In this document: piece by piece, positions 33,755 to 44,789 of the stretch
Layout: each line of letters starts with the position of its first letter
Position numbering within the stretch: the first letter of the stretch is position 1
Assembly (NCBI GenBank): GCA_019828565.1
Contig: JAHDYR010000064.1
Coordinates: 62,001 to 126,000, forward strand
Source: Carpediemonas membranifera BICM
Taxonomy: Eukaryota > Protista > Fornicata
Length of the DNA stretch: 64,000 nt
Reading direction: 5' to 3'
The notes under the pieces: model-generated
Databases searched by the model: none
Seen by the model: only the letters and a program-made list of their open reading frames with translations
Told to the model about the DNA's origin: nothing
Program-made: the position numbers and the translations under genes

Positions 33755-35095
33755 ATGAGAGAGATCGTCCACATTCAGGCTGGTCAGTGCGGTAACCAGA
33801 TTGGTGCCAAGTTCTGGGAGGTTGTCTCCGACGAGCACGGCATCGACCCCGCTGGCAAGTACAACGGTGACTCCGAGCTCCAGATCGAGCGCATCAACGT
33901 GTACTACAACGAGGCTACCGGCGGCCGCTACGTCCCCCGCGCTGTTCTCGTTGACCTCGAGCCCGGCACCATGGACTCTGTCCGCGCTGGTCCCTTCGGT
34001 CAGCTCTTCCGCCCCGACAACTTCGTTTTCGGCCAGAGCGGTGCTGGCAACAACTGGGCCAAGGGCCACTACACCGAGGGTGCTGAGCTTGTCGACGCCG
34101 TCCTCGATGTTGTCCGCAAGGAGGCTGAGGGCTGCGACGCCCTTCAGGGCTTCCAGATGACCCACTCCCTTGGCGGTGGCACCGGTGCCGGCCTCGGCAC
34201 TCTTCTGATCGCTAAGATCCGTGAGGAGTACCCCGACCGTATGCTCACCACCTTCTCTGTCGTGCCTTCCCCCAAGGTTTCCGACACTGTTGTCGAGCCC
34301 TACAACGCTACTCTCTCCGTTCACCAGCTCGTTGAGAACTCCGATGAGGTCTTCTGTATCGATAACGAGGCCCTGTACGACATCTGCTTCCGTACCCTCA
34401 AGCTCACCACCCCACCTACGGTGACCTCAACCACCTCGTCTCCCCTCGTCATGTCCGGCGTCACCTGCTGCCTCCGCTTCCCTGGCCAGCTCAACTCTGA
34501 CCTCCGTAAGCTCGCTGTCAACCTGGTCCCCTTCCCCCGTCTCCACTTCTTCCTCGTTGGCTTCGCTCCCCTGACCTCCCGCGGCTCCCAGCAGTACCGC
34601 GCCCTCTCTGTCCCCGAGCTTGTCTCCCAGATGTTCGATGCCAAGAACATGATGGCTGCCTCCGACCCCCGTCACGGCCGCTACCTCACCGCCTCTGCTC
34701 TCTTCCGTGGCCGCATGTCCACCAAGGAGGTTGATGAGATGATGCTCAACATCCAGAACAAGAACTCTTCCTACTTCGTTGAGTGGATCCCCAACAACGT
34801 GAAGGCTTCCGTCTGTGACATCCCTCCCAAGGGCCTCAAGATGTCTGCCACCTTCATCGGCAACTCCACCGCCATCCAGGAGCTCTTCAAGCGCGTCTCT
34901 GAGCAGTTCACTGCTATGTTCCGTCGCAAGGCCTTCCTTCACTGGTACACTGGTGAGGGCATGGACGAGATGGAATTCACTGAGGCCGAGTCCAACATGA
35001 ACGATCTCGTTTCCGAGTACCAGCAGTACCAGGAGGCCACCGCCGAGGAGGAGGGTGAGTTCGACGAGGAGGAGGAGGAGTACGCTGACATGTAA
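33755..35095 (+). CDS. TUBB: Beta-tubulin
   Basis: [24 protein letters not shown], acidic tail. An 11-codon out-of-frame patch lies at ~34409-34446. Confidence 0.99.
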   Translation: MREIVHIQAGQCGNQIGAKFWEVVSDEHGIDPAGKYNGDSELQIERINVYYNEATGGRYVPRAVLVDLEPGTMDSVRAGPFGQLFRPDNFVFGQSGAGNNWAKGHYTEGAELVDAVLDVVRKEAEGCDALQGFQMTHSLGGGTGAGLGTLLIAKIREEYPDRMLTTFSVVPSPKVSDTVVEPYNATLSVHQLVENSDEVFCIDNEALYDICFRTLKLTTPPTVTSTTSSPLVMSGVTCCLRFPGQLNSDLRKLAVNLVPFPRLHFFLVGFAPLTSRGSQQYRALSVPELVSQMFDAKNMMAASDPRHGRYLTASALFRGRMSTKEVDEMMLNIQNKNSSYFVEWIPNNVKASVCDIPPKGLKMSATFIGNSTAIQELFKRVSEQFTAMFRRKAFLHWYTGEGMDEMEFTEAESNMNDLVSEYQQYQEATAEEEGEFDEEEEEYADM

Positions 35096-35154
35096 GCGTT
35101 TCACCACCAATAAACGTTCTTGAGCAAGTCATCTTTATCAAACACCAATCAAAA

Positions 35155-35939
35155 TCACTCATAAGTCTCGCTGTACATCAGATCCTCGTCCTCATCCGTC
35201 AGATCCGTCTCACTAGGGAGCTCCCGCATGCTCGCTGGCGTCATCCTGGCCCGACCCGATCTGAGCTTCATACCGGCGCTGCTGAGCCAAGAAGCAACCA
35301 GATTGTCGGTCGATATGAGCTTGACAATGGCCTCAGGTGCCTCTGATCCGTCTGGGTCGGCTACGTTGTCTACAACAAGCATAGTTTGAGCAAGTGCGTT
35401 CGTCAGCGCCGTCTTGACTGTGAACCCAGATAACTCTGCATAAAAACTTGTAAGAAAGGAAACAACATACTCATAAGCGAGTCGTTGATCTCACTGGTAC
35501 ACTTAGCCCTGTAATACTCCAGGTCGCCAGCAAGTGAGGTTGAGTCGCCCAAGCAGGAGAAGGCGCGGTCAAGCTCCCCCAGCCGACTCGCCTGGTCTTT
35601 GAACGGACCGAGCTTGGTCCGTGCGGTGATGATTGCTTGGGTGTGGTCACCGGCGGCCAGGTATTCGAGGAAAAGGAGAAGGGCGGAGTAGAAGGAGACG
35701 GCGGGCTGCACAAGGACGTCGCCGTGGGTGAGTTCGAGCGTTTCGAGTGCTTGAATAATGTATCCACTGTCTATATCATTCGAAATGGTGCTCTGTAGCG
35801 AGATTAGGTCTTTCAAAGCCTCATCGTGGGAAAATTGTTCAAGCGTCGACGAATACTGATGTTGCGCAAGGTAGGAGCGAACAATGTGATTCAACGTGGA
35901 TCTATGCATAGAGTAGATCTCAGGCTGCCCAATATGCAT
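35155..35939 (-). CDS. LisH-CTLH-CRA protein (GID/CTLH complex subunit-like); intron 35436-35470
   Basis: LNHIVRSYL...YSSTLEQF (LisH), I.SG.I.QAL, FLEYL..G...QAI..AR..L.P, EIN. A 35-nt GTATGT..CAG intron joins the 35155-35382 ORF. The start codon is uncertain. Confidence 0.75.
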
Positions 35940-36052
35940 CGCGCCATGCTCTCTTTTGACATCCTCCACCTTGTCACACAAACCGCCAGTTTAGCGACAC
36001 CCACACCATCACACCAACATCGTTAATGTTCAGCATTTACATTATACACTGC

Positions 36053-37460
36053 TTAAACGTGGTCGGAGTGGGCCTTCCCGTCACTGCGCTCAGTCAAGAG
36101 CTCGTCATCGAGAGGATGGTGCTTCCCGAGGATTGTCCTCATACGAAGCTCATCCTCCTCAGTAACAAGCTCAGCCGGCTCGTAGTACTTGGTGATCATG
36201 CCCTCGAAGTTACGGAGGGTAACCTCGCCGGGCTTGTAGTCGAGCAGCATCTGGGGCTGGAGGACAATTTTGCCGCCGCCACCGGGTGCGTCGACCACGA
36301 AGCTGGGGACGGCGTAGCCGCTGGTCCAACCACGCAGGTTCTCGATGATCTCGATTCCCCGGGCGACGGGGGTCCGGAAGTGGTAAAGGCCCTCGCTGAG
36401 GTCGCACTGGTACTGGATAAGAAGGGGGTGGACTGGGACATACGATGTAGTACGGGCGGACGCGGTTCTTGAGCAGCTCGTGGGTGAGCGTCTTCATCTT
36501 CGCGACGTTGTCGTTGATGTGACGCATGAGCACCGTCTGGTTCCCGAGCGGGATGCCGGCGTCTGCGAGCATAGTGAGTGCCTTGCGGGCCTGGGGGGAC
36601 ATCTCTCTGATATGGTCAAAGTGGACGGAGAGCCACACCGGCGAGTGCTTGTTGAACACGGCGATGAGGCCGGGGGTGACCCTGTAGGGCATGGCAGACG
36701 GCACGCGGGACCCGATACGGACGAACTCGACGTGTGGGATGGCCCTGATTGCGGTCAGGATCTGGTCGATTCGTTGGTCCGAAAGGAGGAGGGAGTCGCC
36801 GCCGGAGATCAGGACGTCGCGGATCTCCGTATGGTTGGTGATGTAGTCGATGGCCTGTTGGAAGTTGTTCTCGTCGGCGAAAGGCGCAGGCTTCGCGACC
36901 ACGCGATTGCGGGTACAGAACCGGCAGTACATCGAGCAGACCGTGCTGCAGAGGAAGAGCACGCGGTCGGGGTACCTGTGCACCAGGCCGGGCACAGCCA
37001 TGTCGTGGTCCTCGCCAAGAGGGTCAGCCTCGTTCTCGGCGTGGGTCTCGAGCTCGGCGGGGGTGGGGATCGACTGAATCCGGAGGGGGTCGGACGGGTC
37101 GTTGAAGTCCATGCGGACGGCCCAGTAGGGCGTGATGCTCATCTTGAGGAGGCCTTCCATGTTGTCCAGTGCCTTGCGCTCTTCGGGCACGAGGTTCACG
37201 CCGAGGGCTTCGAGTTCATCCTTGGTGCGAAGGGAGTGCTTCATCTGCCACCGCCAGTCCTCCCAGTCTTCCTGGGAGACGTTGGTGTACAGGGGGAACT
37301 TCTGGCAATTTGGCCAAACGCTGGGATCGGTTTCGGCATCGTAGGCCGTCGTAGTCCACTTGGAAGCGACATTTGCGTAGTATTTCTCCATATTTGCTGA
37401 GCTTTGCTGAATGGATCGTTCTAATGACTCGAAAAAAGTGGCTTTCAGAGTCGAATTCAT
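36053..37460 (-). CDS. kamA: Lysine 2,3-aminomutase (radical SAM, PLP); intron 36413-36443
   Basis: [37 protein letters not shown]. Splicing gives RPYYIYQCD...HFR...[15 protein letters not shown]. Start is 37460 or 37391. Confidence 0.93.
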
Positions 37461-38189
37461 TTGGCTTTCGTCCGTTCGTGTCACGAAAAACGGTCGTCAT
37501 CATTTTTCTCGGATGATTGGCTGGCAAGGAGGGGCATGCGGCGGCCAAATGGGACCAATAGTCCACTTTAGGGTCTTTTTGTTCCGAAAGCTCGAGGTCG
37601 TCATGCACTCAATTTTGGAGATTAGGGTCGAAAACAAAGCTCATTCGCTACTGTATACGGTCCTGCCTCGGGCCTCTGGTATTTAGGGTCCTTACGGCAG
37701 GCGGAGGCGATATTAGAAATGTCGTTCGATCCCGTTGCGCAGCGTTTGACGAAGTCATTTTGTGGACCCGAATACACGTCACTGAAGACGATGACGGAGA
37801 AATGAAACTTACAGCGACCTTTACGCTATGTCTAACTACAGGATAGACCAGTTTGCATTCCGCCATGCGCCATATTTGCCAAGAATTCCCGCTTTTCATT
37901 TTCGGCGACGGGCCATACCATCACCGTCAATCTGAGAACTGTAAAACGTGGCTATCTTGTTCTAGTGACTATATAGATGCTTTTCCGCCCAGAATATGCA
38001 AACTTGTTTTGGATTGCATCTCTTCGTCCCCTGTCGTCTTCAGATCCGAAACAAGGTTGTGAGCCAAATATGCTACACAGCGCCTGCTAGCAGCCCTAGG
38101 ACCAGTGTTCCTAGCCGCTGGCCCGCGCTTTCGAGAACTGGTTTCAGCAAGATCATGGCAAAGAGAGGCGCAAGGGTGGCACTGCAGTA

Positions 38190-39248
38190 GTGTGTCAAGG
38201 CGCAGAAACTCACACCTGTCCCTTGCACAGACTTCGCCACCATTCACCGCCATTCAACATTGGTCCACGCGTGACGTCGCAGTTTTGCTTCCAGACCGAC
38301 AATCCTCGATGCAGCACACAAGCGAGCACGCACTTGTACGTATTCTGGTCGCATCAACTGACAAAGCTTTCTACTGAGCTGAACAAGCTGTTCTACTACT
38401 CCTGGCAAGCTCCTGAGATCGCGGCCATCATCAAGGACCGCAGCAAGATCAAAGTCGGGAAGAGCATCTTCGACACGGCGATTGATATGTGTATGGCTGC
38501 TGAGGACAAGCTCCATGACCAAAAATGGCACCTGGAATCCGTCCGAAACGGCCTCCCTCAAGTTCTCAAAGAGAAGCACTTCCCTCACTGCGCTGCCTTG
38601 GGAGAAGGCTTCTTTGCCTTCATCTATGCCCATGCTTCAGAGACAAACTCGCTCACTCCGGTCATTTATTTTGCAGAGCAGTGCATTGCGGGCAAGTCCC
38701 ACATTCCCACGCCCACCACGCCCCAGCCCATGGAGCCGTTCGAGAGGGAGATGGCTCAGATGTCGGTTGGCGGTGACGACAGCTTCTTCAATGACCCGCC
38801 AAGCGATGATATTGATTTGCCGATCCCGAAGCCGTCGGCCTACCCAGACCACCTCCCTGACGATGGAGCGACCGAGGCGTCGTTTAGTGATATTACTGGA
38901 CTCTCGTCAATCTCGCAGAGGCCTCCGATGGGGGTCCACCTTGCGTCAACTCCAAAGAAAATCGGCGAGAGCGTTGAAATATCCGCGAACCCAGAGCTCT
39001 ACATCCAAAATATGAACTACAAAGGCGTGCTGAACGAGTACTCTCAGCAGAACGCCACGTCCCCGCCCGAGTATCGGACCGACAGAGTGTTTAGGCCAGG
39101 CCACCCTGACCATCTGCCGCTTTTCAAATCTGTGGTGGCCATGCAGTGCAATGGGCAGGACATCACGGCGGTGGGGTATGGGAAGACAAAGAAGGAGGCT
39201 GAGTCGCGAGCAGCGTTTGTTGTGTGTAACAGATTCTTTAGTGATTAG
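38190..39248 (+). CDS. Protein with a C-terminal double-stranded RNA-binding domain
   Basis: NYKGVLNEYSQQ...PEY...PDHLPLF......GYGKTKKEAESRAA. The true start is uncertain. Confidence 0.8.
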   Translation: MCQGAETHTCPLHRLRHHSPPFNIGPRVTSQFCFQTDNPRCSTQASTHLYVFWSHQLTKLSTELNKLFYYSWQAPEIAAIIKDRSKIKVGKSIFDTAIDMCMAAEDKLHDQKWHLESVRNGLPQVLKEKHFPHCAALGEGFFAFIYAHASETNSLTPVIYFAEQCIAGKSHIPTPTTPQPMEPFEREMAQMSVGGDDSFFNDPPSDDIDLPIPKPSAYPDHLPDDGATEASFSDITGLSSISQRPPMGVHLASTPKKIGESVEISANPELYIQNMNYKGVLNEYSQQNATSPPEYRTDRVFRPGHPDHLPLFKSVVAMQCNGQDITAVGYGKTKKEAESRAAFVVCNRFFSD

Positions 39249-39828
39249 TAATGAGACAAAAATGGTTGGGTGCTGGTAATATATGGTTGATGTTGTTATC
39301 AAATGAACGATTGGACGTCAAAGGCCCGAGGAATGGACCCTTTGAGCTGTGTGAGATGAATAATGGTTGGCCCTCATAGTAACTATGACTGTATACGTGC
39401 TGCAGCAACCGTAGTTCTCCGCTGTATTCATTATAATCATAGGAAGCCCAGAGACGAACCTTTGAGGAGGGGAGGCAAGAGAATGACTCGAGAGCGACTT
39501 CAGTGATTAATTCAACGGCAGAGATGGACGCACGTACCACACGGAGAGAATCTACGCTGACGTTCTCATGTCCAGCTATGAGAGCAAGCCCACTGAAGAC
39601 GGTGTACAGGATGTCGTCAACGAGTTCATCTTCACCAAGGCGAACGATCCTCATGACTCCGGCATGTGGGTCAAGGCCGGTCTTCTCGCCGTCCTTCTCG
39701 CCCTGGCCCTGGCTTAAGGCTGAGTCTGCTAATGTAAACACAAGAGTGTGAGATGCCGTTAAAACGCTGAGGCAAAGCGACTCACCACAGTCAGAATGCA
39801 AGACGATGCTCGCACATATGAACTTCAT
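39238..39828 (-). CDS. Hypothetical protein
   Basis: About 196 codons of protein-like composition in a gene-dense block, with no recognised motif. Confidence 0.35.
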   Translation of the reverse strand: MKFICASIVLHSDCGESLCLSVLTASHTLVFTLADSALSQGQGEKDGEKTGLDPHAGVMRIVRLGEDELVDDILYTVFSGLALIAGHENVSVDSLRVVRASISAVELITEVALESFSCLPSSKVRLWASYDYNEYSGELRLLQHVYSHSYYEGQPLFISHSSKGPFLGPLTSNRSFDNNINHILPAPNHFCLITNH

Positions 39829-41045
39829 TGTTGCGGGGTTCAGAGCTGTTATAGCTGCTACTGACACCTCCAAGAGGGTCGCAGTGCGTTGCGGTGGGCG
39901 GTGGGCATGTTTCCGCAGGATATGACTCGCGACTTTTCCACCACACAAAACTCTATTCGTCCATTATTCATGGGAAACGTACAATCTGCGCATGGACCCG
40001 GTTTAGGTCAAGGTAATCCTATTCCGGATACTCCTCCCGAAGAACCTGGTGCCGATGGCGGTCCCTTCCCCGGCGCTTTCTTCTTCGTGAAGGGCGGCGG
40101 TTTTTAGACAACAGAATGTAGGAACGCGAAAAGGTAGCTGCGTAAATCACCTGTGAGCGCCAGCTTTTCCCTCTGATTGTTGAGAGTCGCACGAGTTTCT
40201 GGTGACAAGTGAACACCAGGACTGGCATTCGGAAAACAGCTCATCCAGGGCATACGACCAAGCCCAGTTCCGCTCGCTGCTGAAGACAGAGCATCACCGG
40301 TCATCTTTGCATGCTCTGTATACCCGTCTGGATTGGGAACGACGAAGAGATGCCCAAACCATACATGCCCAGGGGGGTGAGGGATAGCATACGGCGGCAT
40401 TGTAAACCATCAACACTTCAGGTTCTGTCACGTATTGGGTGATTGTCAGCGAAAATCGTTTCTGCCAACCAAACTGGTTGTCCAAAAAACGCTCAAAATG
40501 AACCAATGAAACGTTCTATGTACTAATTTACAAGAGACTAAACGATTCTCTACATTGTAGGGCCGCCGGCCGAGGTGGTGTCCGTGTAGTTGTCATAAGG
40601 ACAATCATAGCCGCCGTTACCGATTTCGTCCATGAACTGTGTGGCAGCATCATATAATTGACCGATAGTGATGTTATTGTTGTCGAAGGGCCAGCCCATG
40701 TCGTGTGTGTTCGTTTCTAATAATCTGCCGTAAGCTGCGCGAATCTGAGATGTGAGATCTCAATTCAAGTCAGCAGCGACTGAGTGGGCGCATTAGAAGT
40801 GAAGCTCCCGGTATCACTACTGGGCCTAGTTTCTTGGCGTCACATCATATAGCGACTTCTACCAATCCAGAGGCGACGGCGTGCAGCCGGGTACAACCTC
40901 CCCTACCGACATTGCCTAGACTATGACTGACGCTGCTCCGTGGCTCCTGAGGTCGTGTTGTTCGTCCGAAGACCAATGAAGATCGATCTCTGCGAACCCG
41001 GATGAAGGCACCAACAGAGCAGAAAGCGTTCTCTTAGCGTGTATT

Positions 41046-42026
41046 ATGTCATCACAGAACCCCATAGAGGCACTCCAGCCGACGCAACGAAGGCGGCGAC
41101 GCGGATCCATCCATTTCGCGGATCACAATGCTCCCAAGTCCGTTTGGGAAATCACGGGGCCAGATAAGCCCCCCTACGTCGCAAAGCTCGCCACAAGGCC
41201 CCTTTCTGAGATCTTCAGCGGCCTTCTTCTCTCCAAGTTCAACTTTCAACAACTCATCTACGGTGTTCACAAGCCCGGCTCCGACTCAGCCGAGCAAATC
41301 ATCGAGCGTATCCACAGCCCAGTACCGCAAGGCCGCGTGGTGCTCGAGATGGCCCTGGTTACCGGCCGAGCGATCAACAACTTTCGACAAACTGGCACTG
41401 AGAGCGCTGCCCAGCAACTCGGCGCCCTTGCTGTCCTTGACGCCGTACTCAACAACACAGACCGCCTACCCACCATCACTGAGCACGAGGGCAACTGGAC
41501 GAACATCCTCGAGACGGGCACACGCATCGTCCCCATAGACAATCAGATTACCCTCCCCGACCCAGAAGCCAAGCAGGGGTACCTCGACCGACTCACGAGG
41601 CTAGCTGAGGATGTACTATCTGACGGTGAGCTTTGTGGGCCGACCCCCATGCCCACTGTGAAGAGGCTGCAGGGGCGAGTGGCTAGGCTCGGAAGGTTGT
41701 CGCATCCAATGGAAAGACTCGTCACCGCACTCCTCCCGCACTTCTCGTTGCAAGAGGATGAGCTGGAGAGGTCGGTCAGGGTGGGTGCAAGACGCACGTT
41801 GTTTGGCTTCATCGCGTGGAAAGAGATTGACTTTGATAAGTTTCACAGAGAGATAGTCAAGAAGACAGGCGCCGCGACCTTCCCGGGTGAGAATCTAGAC
41901 GACTACATCACCCACCTCCGGGATGTTCACGGTCAGCTCGTCGCCGTGCGGAACTCGCTCCAGCGCCACAGTTATCTCAGACGGGTGTCGGCGAGAGAGG
42001 TGTTCAGCACTGTTGACATGGCCTAG
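41046..42026 (+). CDS. Actin-fragmin kinase / PI3-PI4-kinase-like atypical kinase
   Basis: LG.L..LD..LNNTDRLP......GNWTNIL......IDN. Confidence 0.7.
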   Translation: MSSQNPIEALQPTQRRRRRGSIHFADHNAPKSVWEITGPDKPPYVAKLATRPLSEIFSGLLLSKFNFQQLIYGVHKPGSDSAEQIIERIHSPVPQGRVVLEMALVTGRAINNFRQTGTESAAQQLGALAVLDAVLNNTDRLPTITEHEGNWTNILETGTRIVPIDNQITLPDPEAKQGYLDRLTRLAEDVLSDGELCGPTPMPTVKRLQGRVARLGRLSHPMERLVTALLPHFSLQEDELERSVRVGARRTLFGFIAWKEIDFDKFHREIVKKTGAATFPGENLDDYITHLRDVHGQLVAVRNSLQRHSYLRRVSAREVFSTVDMA

Positions 42027-42112
42027 TCGAGGAGTAAAAAGATAAGTAGAAATCTTTACGCTACTCCATATACATGATATATTACAAATTACAAATCAAA
42101 TTCTCGAGTCAA

Positions 42113-44587
42113 TCAAATCGTATCATACTCCAAAGTCAAGTCACAATAGTTGACACAAGCCGAGTTCTGACACACCTTGTCCATGCTCACGCTGCCCTTA
42201 CTAGCCCTCGACCAGCTCTTGCCGCTAAGCCAATACATGCCAGAGAACCCTGACGTGGCGAGGAAGACGTTCTTGCCGTCCGTGCCGAAACGAGAGTACG
42301 TCGACGCTCCATGATCGCGGTAAGAGTGGCCAATGTGAGCCACTAGATTCACTTCGAATATTTGGAGTTCATCTGTGCCCCGGTCGACCTTGTAACAATG
42401 CATGTGACTCTCGTTCCCGTCAGCCCTTTTAGCGAACGAGAACATGTACAGCGTGTCCATCGTTTCGACAAGGGAGACGGCGATAACTCTATAAGGCACC
42501 GAGACTTGGCGTATCGCCTTATCAGTGATGATCAGCGCATGGAATACATCGGGCTCGTTCATAAACACGTCTGCTGTCTGATAATAGCGGGGGGTGCGGG
42601 CGAAAACGAGCATGTTAGGGGTTGAAACCACCTGGCCGATGCTGCAGAACGAGGGGAGTTTGGCCACTGGAAGCTTGTTGCCAATAGAAAGTGGGCGGCC
42701 GTTTTCTTTTGGAAGAGTGGGAATCTGCTTGCCGCGTGCTGCGATGACAGTTTCACTCTTAGCTGAACCGTCGATGAGGTATTTGACTGAACGTCTCGAG
42801 TCTGTGTCCTTCACGACTGCCCAGAGCGATCCTACCGGCACGAGGGAGTATCTGACCCCAGTCTCGAATGACGGAGCGAGTCCCAGTGCCTTGGGTACGT
42901 TCTGCATGCCGTCGCCGCAGATTAGTACCTGGCTGTCAGCCGTGATGAACGCTGATCCATGCAGACCGGTGTACAGAGGCTCTCGAGACTCTGGCACTTC
43001 TAGAAACGCTGGGGTGACTGTCGGCCTGCGTTCATGCTCAGCAGTGGCCACCCCGGCCAAAAATGTGCGGTCCTCGTCGCCGCCCAGGACCCTGATGGCG
43101 GTGTACCCCACGCCCGTATGGACTGTGTCGATCTCAAACCCGTCTGGGGCAGTGAAGGCGAGGGTGGGGGTCTGGATGCTGGCCACCGCGGTCTGCGGGC
43201 ACAAGGGATCGTAATGGGGGAAAGTCAATGGAAGGCCGAGTTGTCCAAAGGAGTTGGCTCCCCAGCAGAAAACCTGGCTCTTAGTTGACGCGTAGAAGCT
43301 CATATACCCCCGCACGTGGGCGTAGAAGTGGTAATACTCTCTCGGGTCCAGGTGTAGTCTGCCGTACTTGAACGTGCCGTATCGTGTCACCCACTCCTCC
43401 CCGGGGATGTAGCTAGGTGTGTTGTTGGTCAGTAGATAGTGGCGTGCCTTGTGGGAGACTACAGCGACGAATGGTATACCGTTGAGCTGTAGGAGACGGC
43501 AGAGAGCCTCGTCCGTCTGTAGAGGGGCTGCAACAGCGCTGAGACGGGGGAATAGGAACGCCTCGAGTCCGCCTAGCTTAGCGATAGGCGTGGCGCACAT
43601 CAGGCGGCGTAGTAAACCGTCGGACAAGTTGTGGAGCCCCATCATATCGAGTGGGACTGGAACGTACTGGGCTAGGGTAGCACTGTCCACAGAGGGCATC
43701 AGACGCATCACCACAGACCTGGGGTAGTCTGCTCTGATGTCAATCACCTGATTAAGGTACATGCCGAGGCGGGTGGCCTCACCGTGAGCGAGGACTCGTT
43801 TCAGAGCTGCTCTATGCTTGGATGTGAGTTCAGTGGGGAGGTCGACTTCAACTGTGATCTCTAGGTCTCCCCGCTGGCCCTGGGAATTGACGTACCCTTT
43901 GCCGTCGAGCTTCCGAATCGCACCATCGCGGGGGAGTCCGGGGATACGAACGTTACGCCTCTTCTGCGGGTTGAACGTAGGGAGGGAAAGCTCCATATCT
44001 GTCTGGAAGAACTTGGTCACCGGTGCGAGTACAGTGTGGCAGAGGTTGTTCCCTTGGATGGTAAAGTGTGGGTGTGGCTTGTATTTCACAGTGATATGAT
44101 AACTCCGCATGCCCACCGTGAAGGCGATAAGCTGCTCATGCTTGGAACCGGCTGGAACAGTCACGCTGACGGTGGTTCCGTCGGTCAGCACGGCCTTGAA
44201 AGAACCTCCGACAAAACCCTGCTCCAGGGTGATCTGGACTTCGCCGCGGACGAGGACTGGTTCTGCGCGCTTGGGGGGAGGTTGGGCAGACTGGGGGCGG
44301 GCGGATCCGGCCCGCTTGGGCTTCATGCTGCTTGCGCTACGGACACGCTGGGCCCGCTTAGTGTCGTAGGATGCTCGTCGGGCGGGAGAGGAGAGGATTT
44401 CATATGCCATGGAGATCATCTTGAACTTCTCGCCATCATCTCCGTTCTCCATCCGATCAGGATGGCACTGTTTCGCCAATCGGTAGTAAGCTTTCTTAAT
44501 TTCCTGCGCGGAAGCACTGTTTTCGACTGCAAGTAAGCGATAGAAGTCGGGAGCGCTGCTTGATGCGTACATCCTGTTCCCAGCCAT
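42113..44587 (-). CDS. DnaJ (J-domain plus C-terminal domain) fused to an RCC1-like region
   Basis: DFY.LL...IKKAYYRLA..CHPD, PHPHF..QGNNL, GKG...RGDL, then VFCWGANSFGQLG. Confidence 0.8.
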   Translation of the reverse strand: MAGNRMYASSSAPDFYRLLAVENSASAQEIKKAYYRLAKQCHPDRMENGDDGEKFKMISMAYEILSSPARRASYDTKRAQRVRSASSMKPKRAGSARPQSAQPPPKRAEPVLVRGEVQITLEQGFVGGSFKAVLTDGTTVSVTVPAGSKHEQLIAFTVGMRSYHITVKYKPHPHFTIQGNNLCHTVLAPVTKFFQTDMELSLPTFNPQKRRNVRIPGLPRDGAIRKLDGKGYVNSQGQRGDLEITVEVDLPTELTSKHRAALKRVLAHGEATRLGMYLNQVIDIRADYPRSVVMRLMPSVDSATLAQYVPVPLDMMGLHNLSDGLLRRLMCATPIAKLGGLEAFLFPRLSAVAAPLQTDEALCRLLQLNGIPFVAVVSHKARHYLLTNNTPSYIPGEEWVTRYGTFKYGRLHLDPREYYHFYAHVRGYMSFYASTKSQVFCWGANSFGQLGLPLTFPHYDPLCPQTAVASIQTPTLAFTAPDGFEIDTVHTGVGYTAIRVLGGDEDRTFLAGVATAEHERRPTVTPAFLEVPESREPLYTGLHGSAFITADSQVLICGDGMQNVPKALGLAPSFETGVRYSLVPVGSLWAVVKDTDSRRSVKYLIDGSAKSETVIAARGKQIPTLPKENGRPLSIGNKLPVAKLPSFCSIGQVVSTPNMLVFARTPRYYQTADVFMNEPDVFHALIITDKAIRQVSVPYRVIAVSLVETMDTLYMFSFAKRADGNESHMHCYKVDRGTDELQIFEVNLVAHIGHSYRDHGASTYSRFGTDGKNVFLATSGFSGMYWLSGKSWSRASKGSVSMDKVCQNSACVNYCDLTLEYDTI

Positions 44588-44789
44588 CCAATGACCTGGA
44601 ACGGACCACAGTTCACAGTTTGACTATCAAATCGAAAATTTGATCGATCGGGTCAGAAAACGGCACCAGCGAGCTGAGGGTAGAGTATATGGACGTTGTG
44701 TCGGCGCTACTAACGCTGGTGGAGTCAGGAGATCAATTCGCAGTTTAAGTTTGGACGTCAGGAAGCTGTCGTGATTGCAGCAACTGCCG

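Noticed and set aside
39950-41040. Gene in short minus-strand ORFs
   Set aside because: Fragmented frames with no recognisable motif or convincing splice model.
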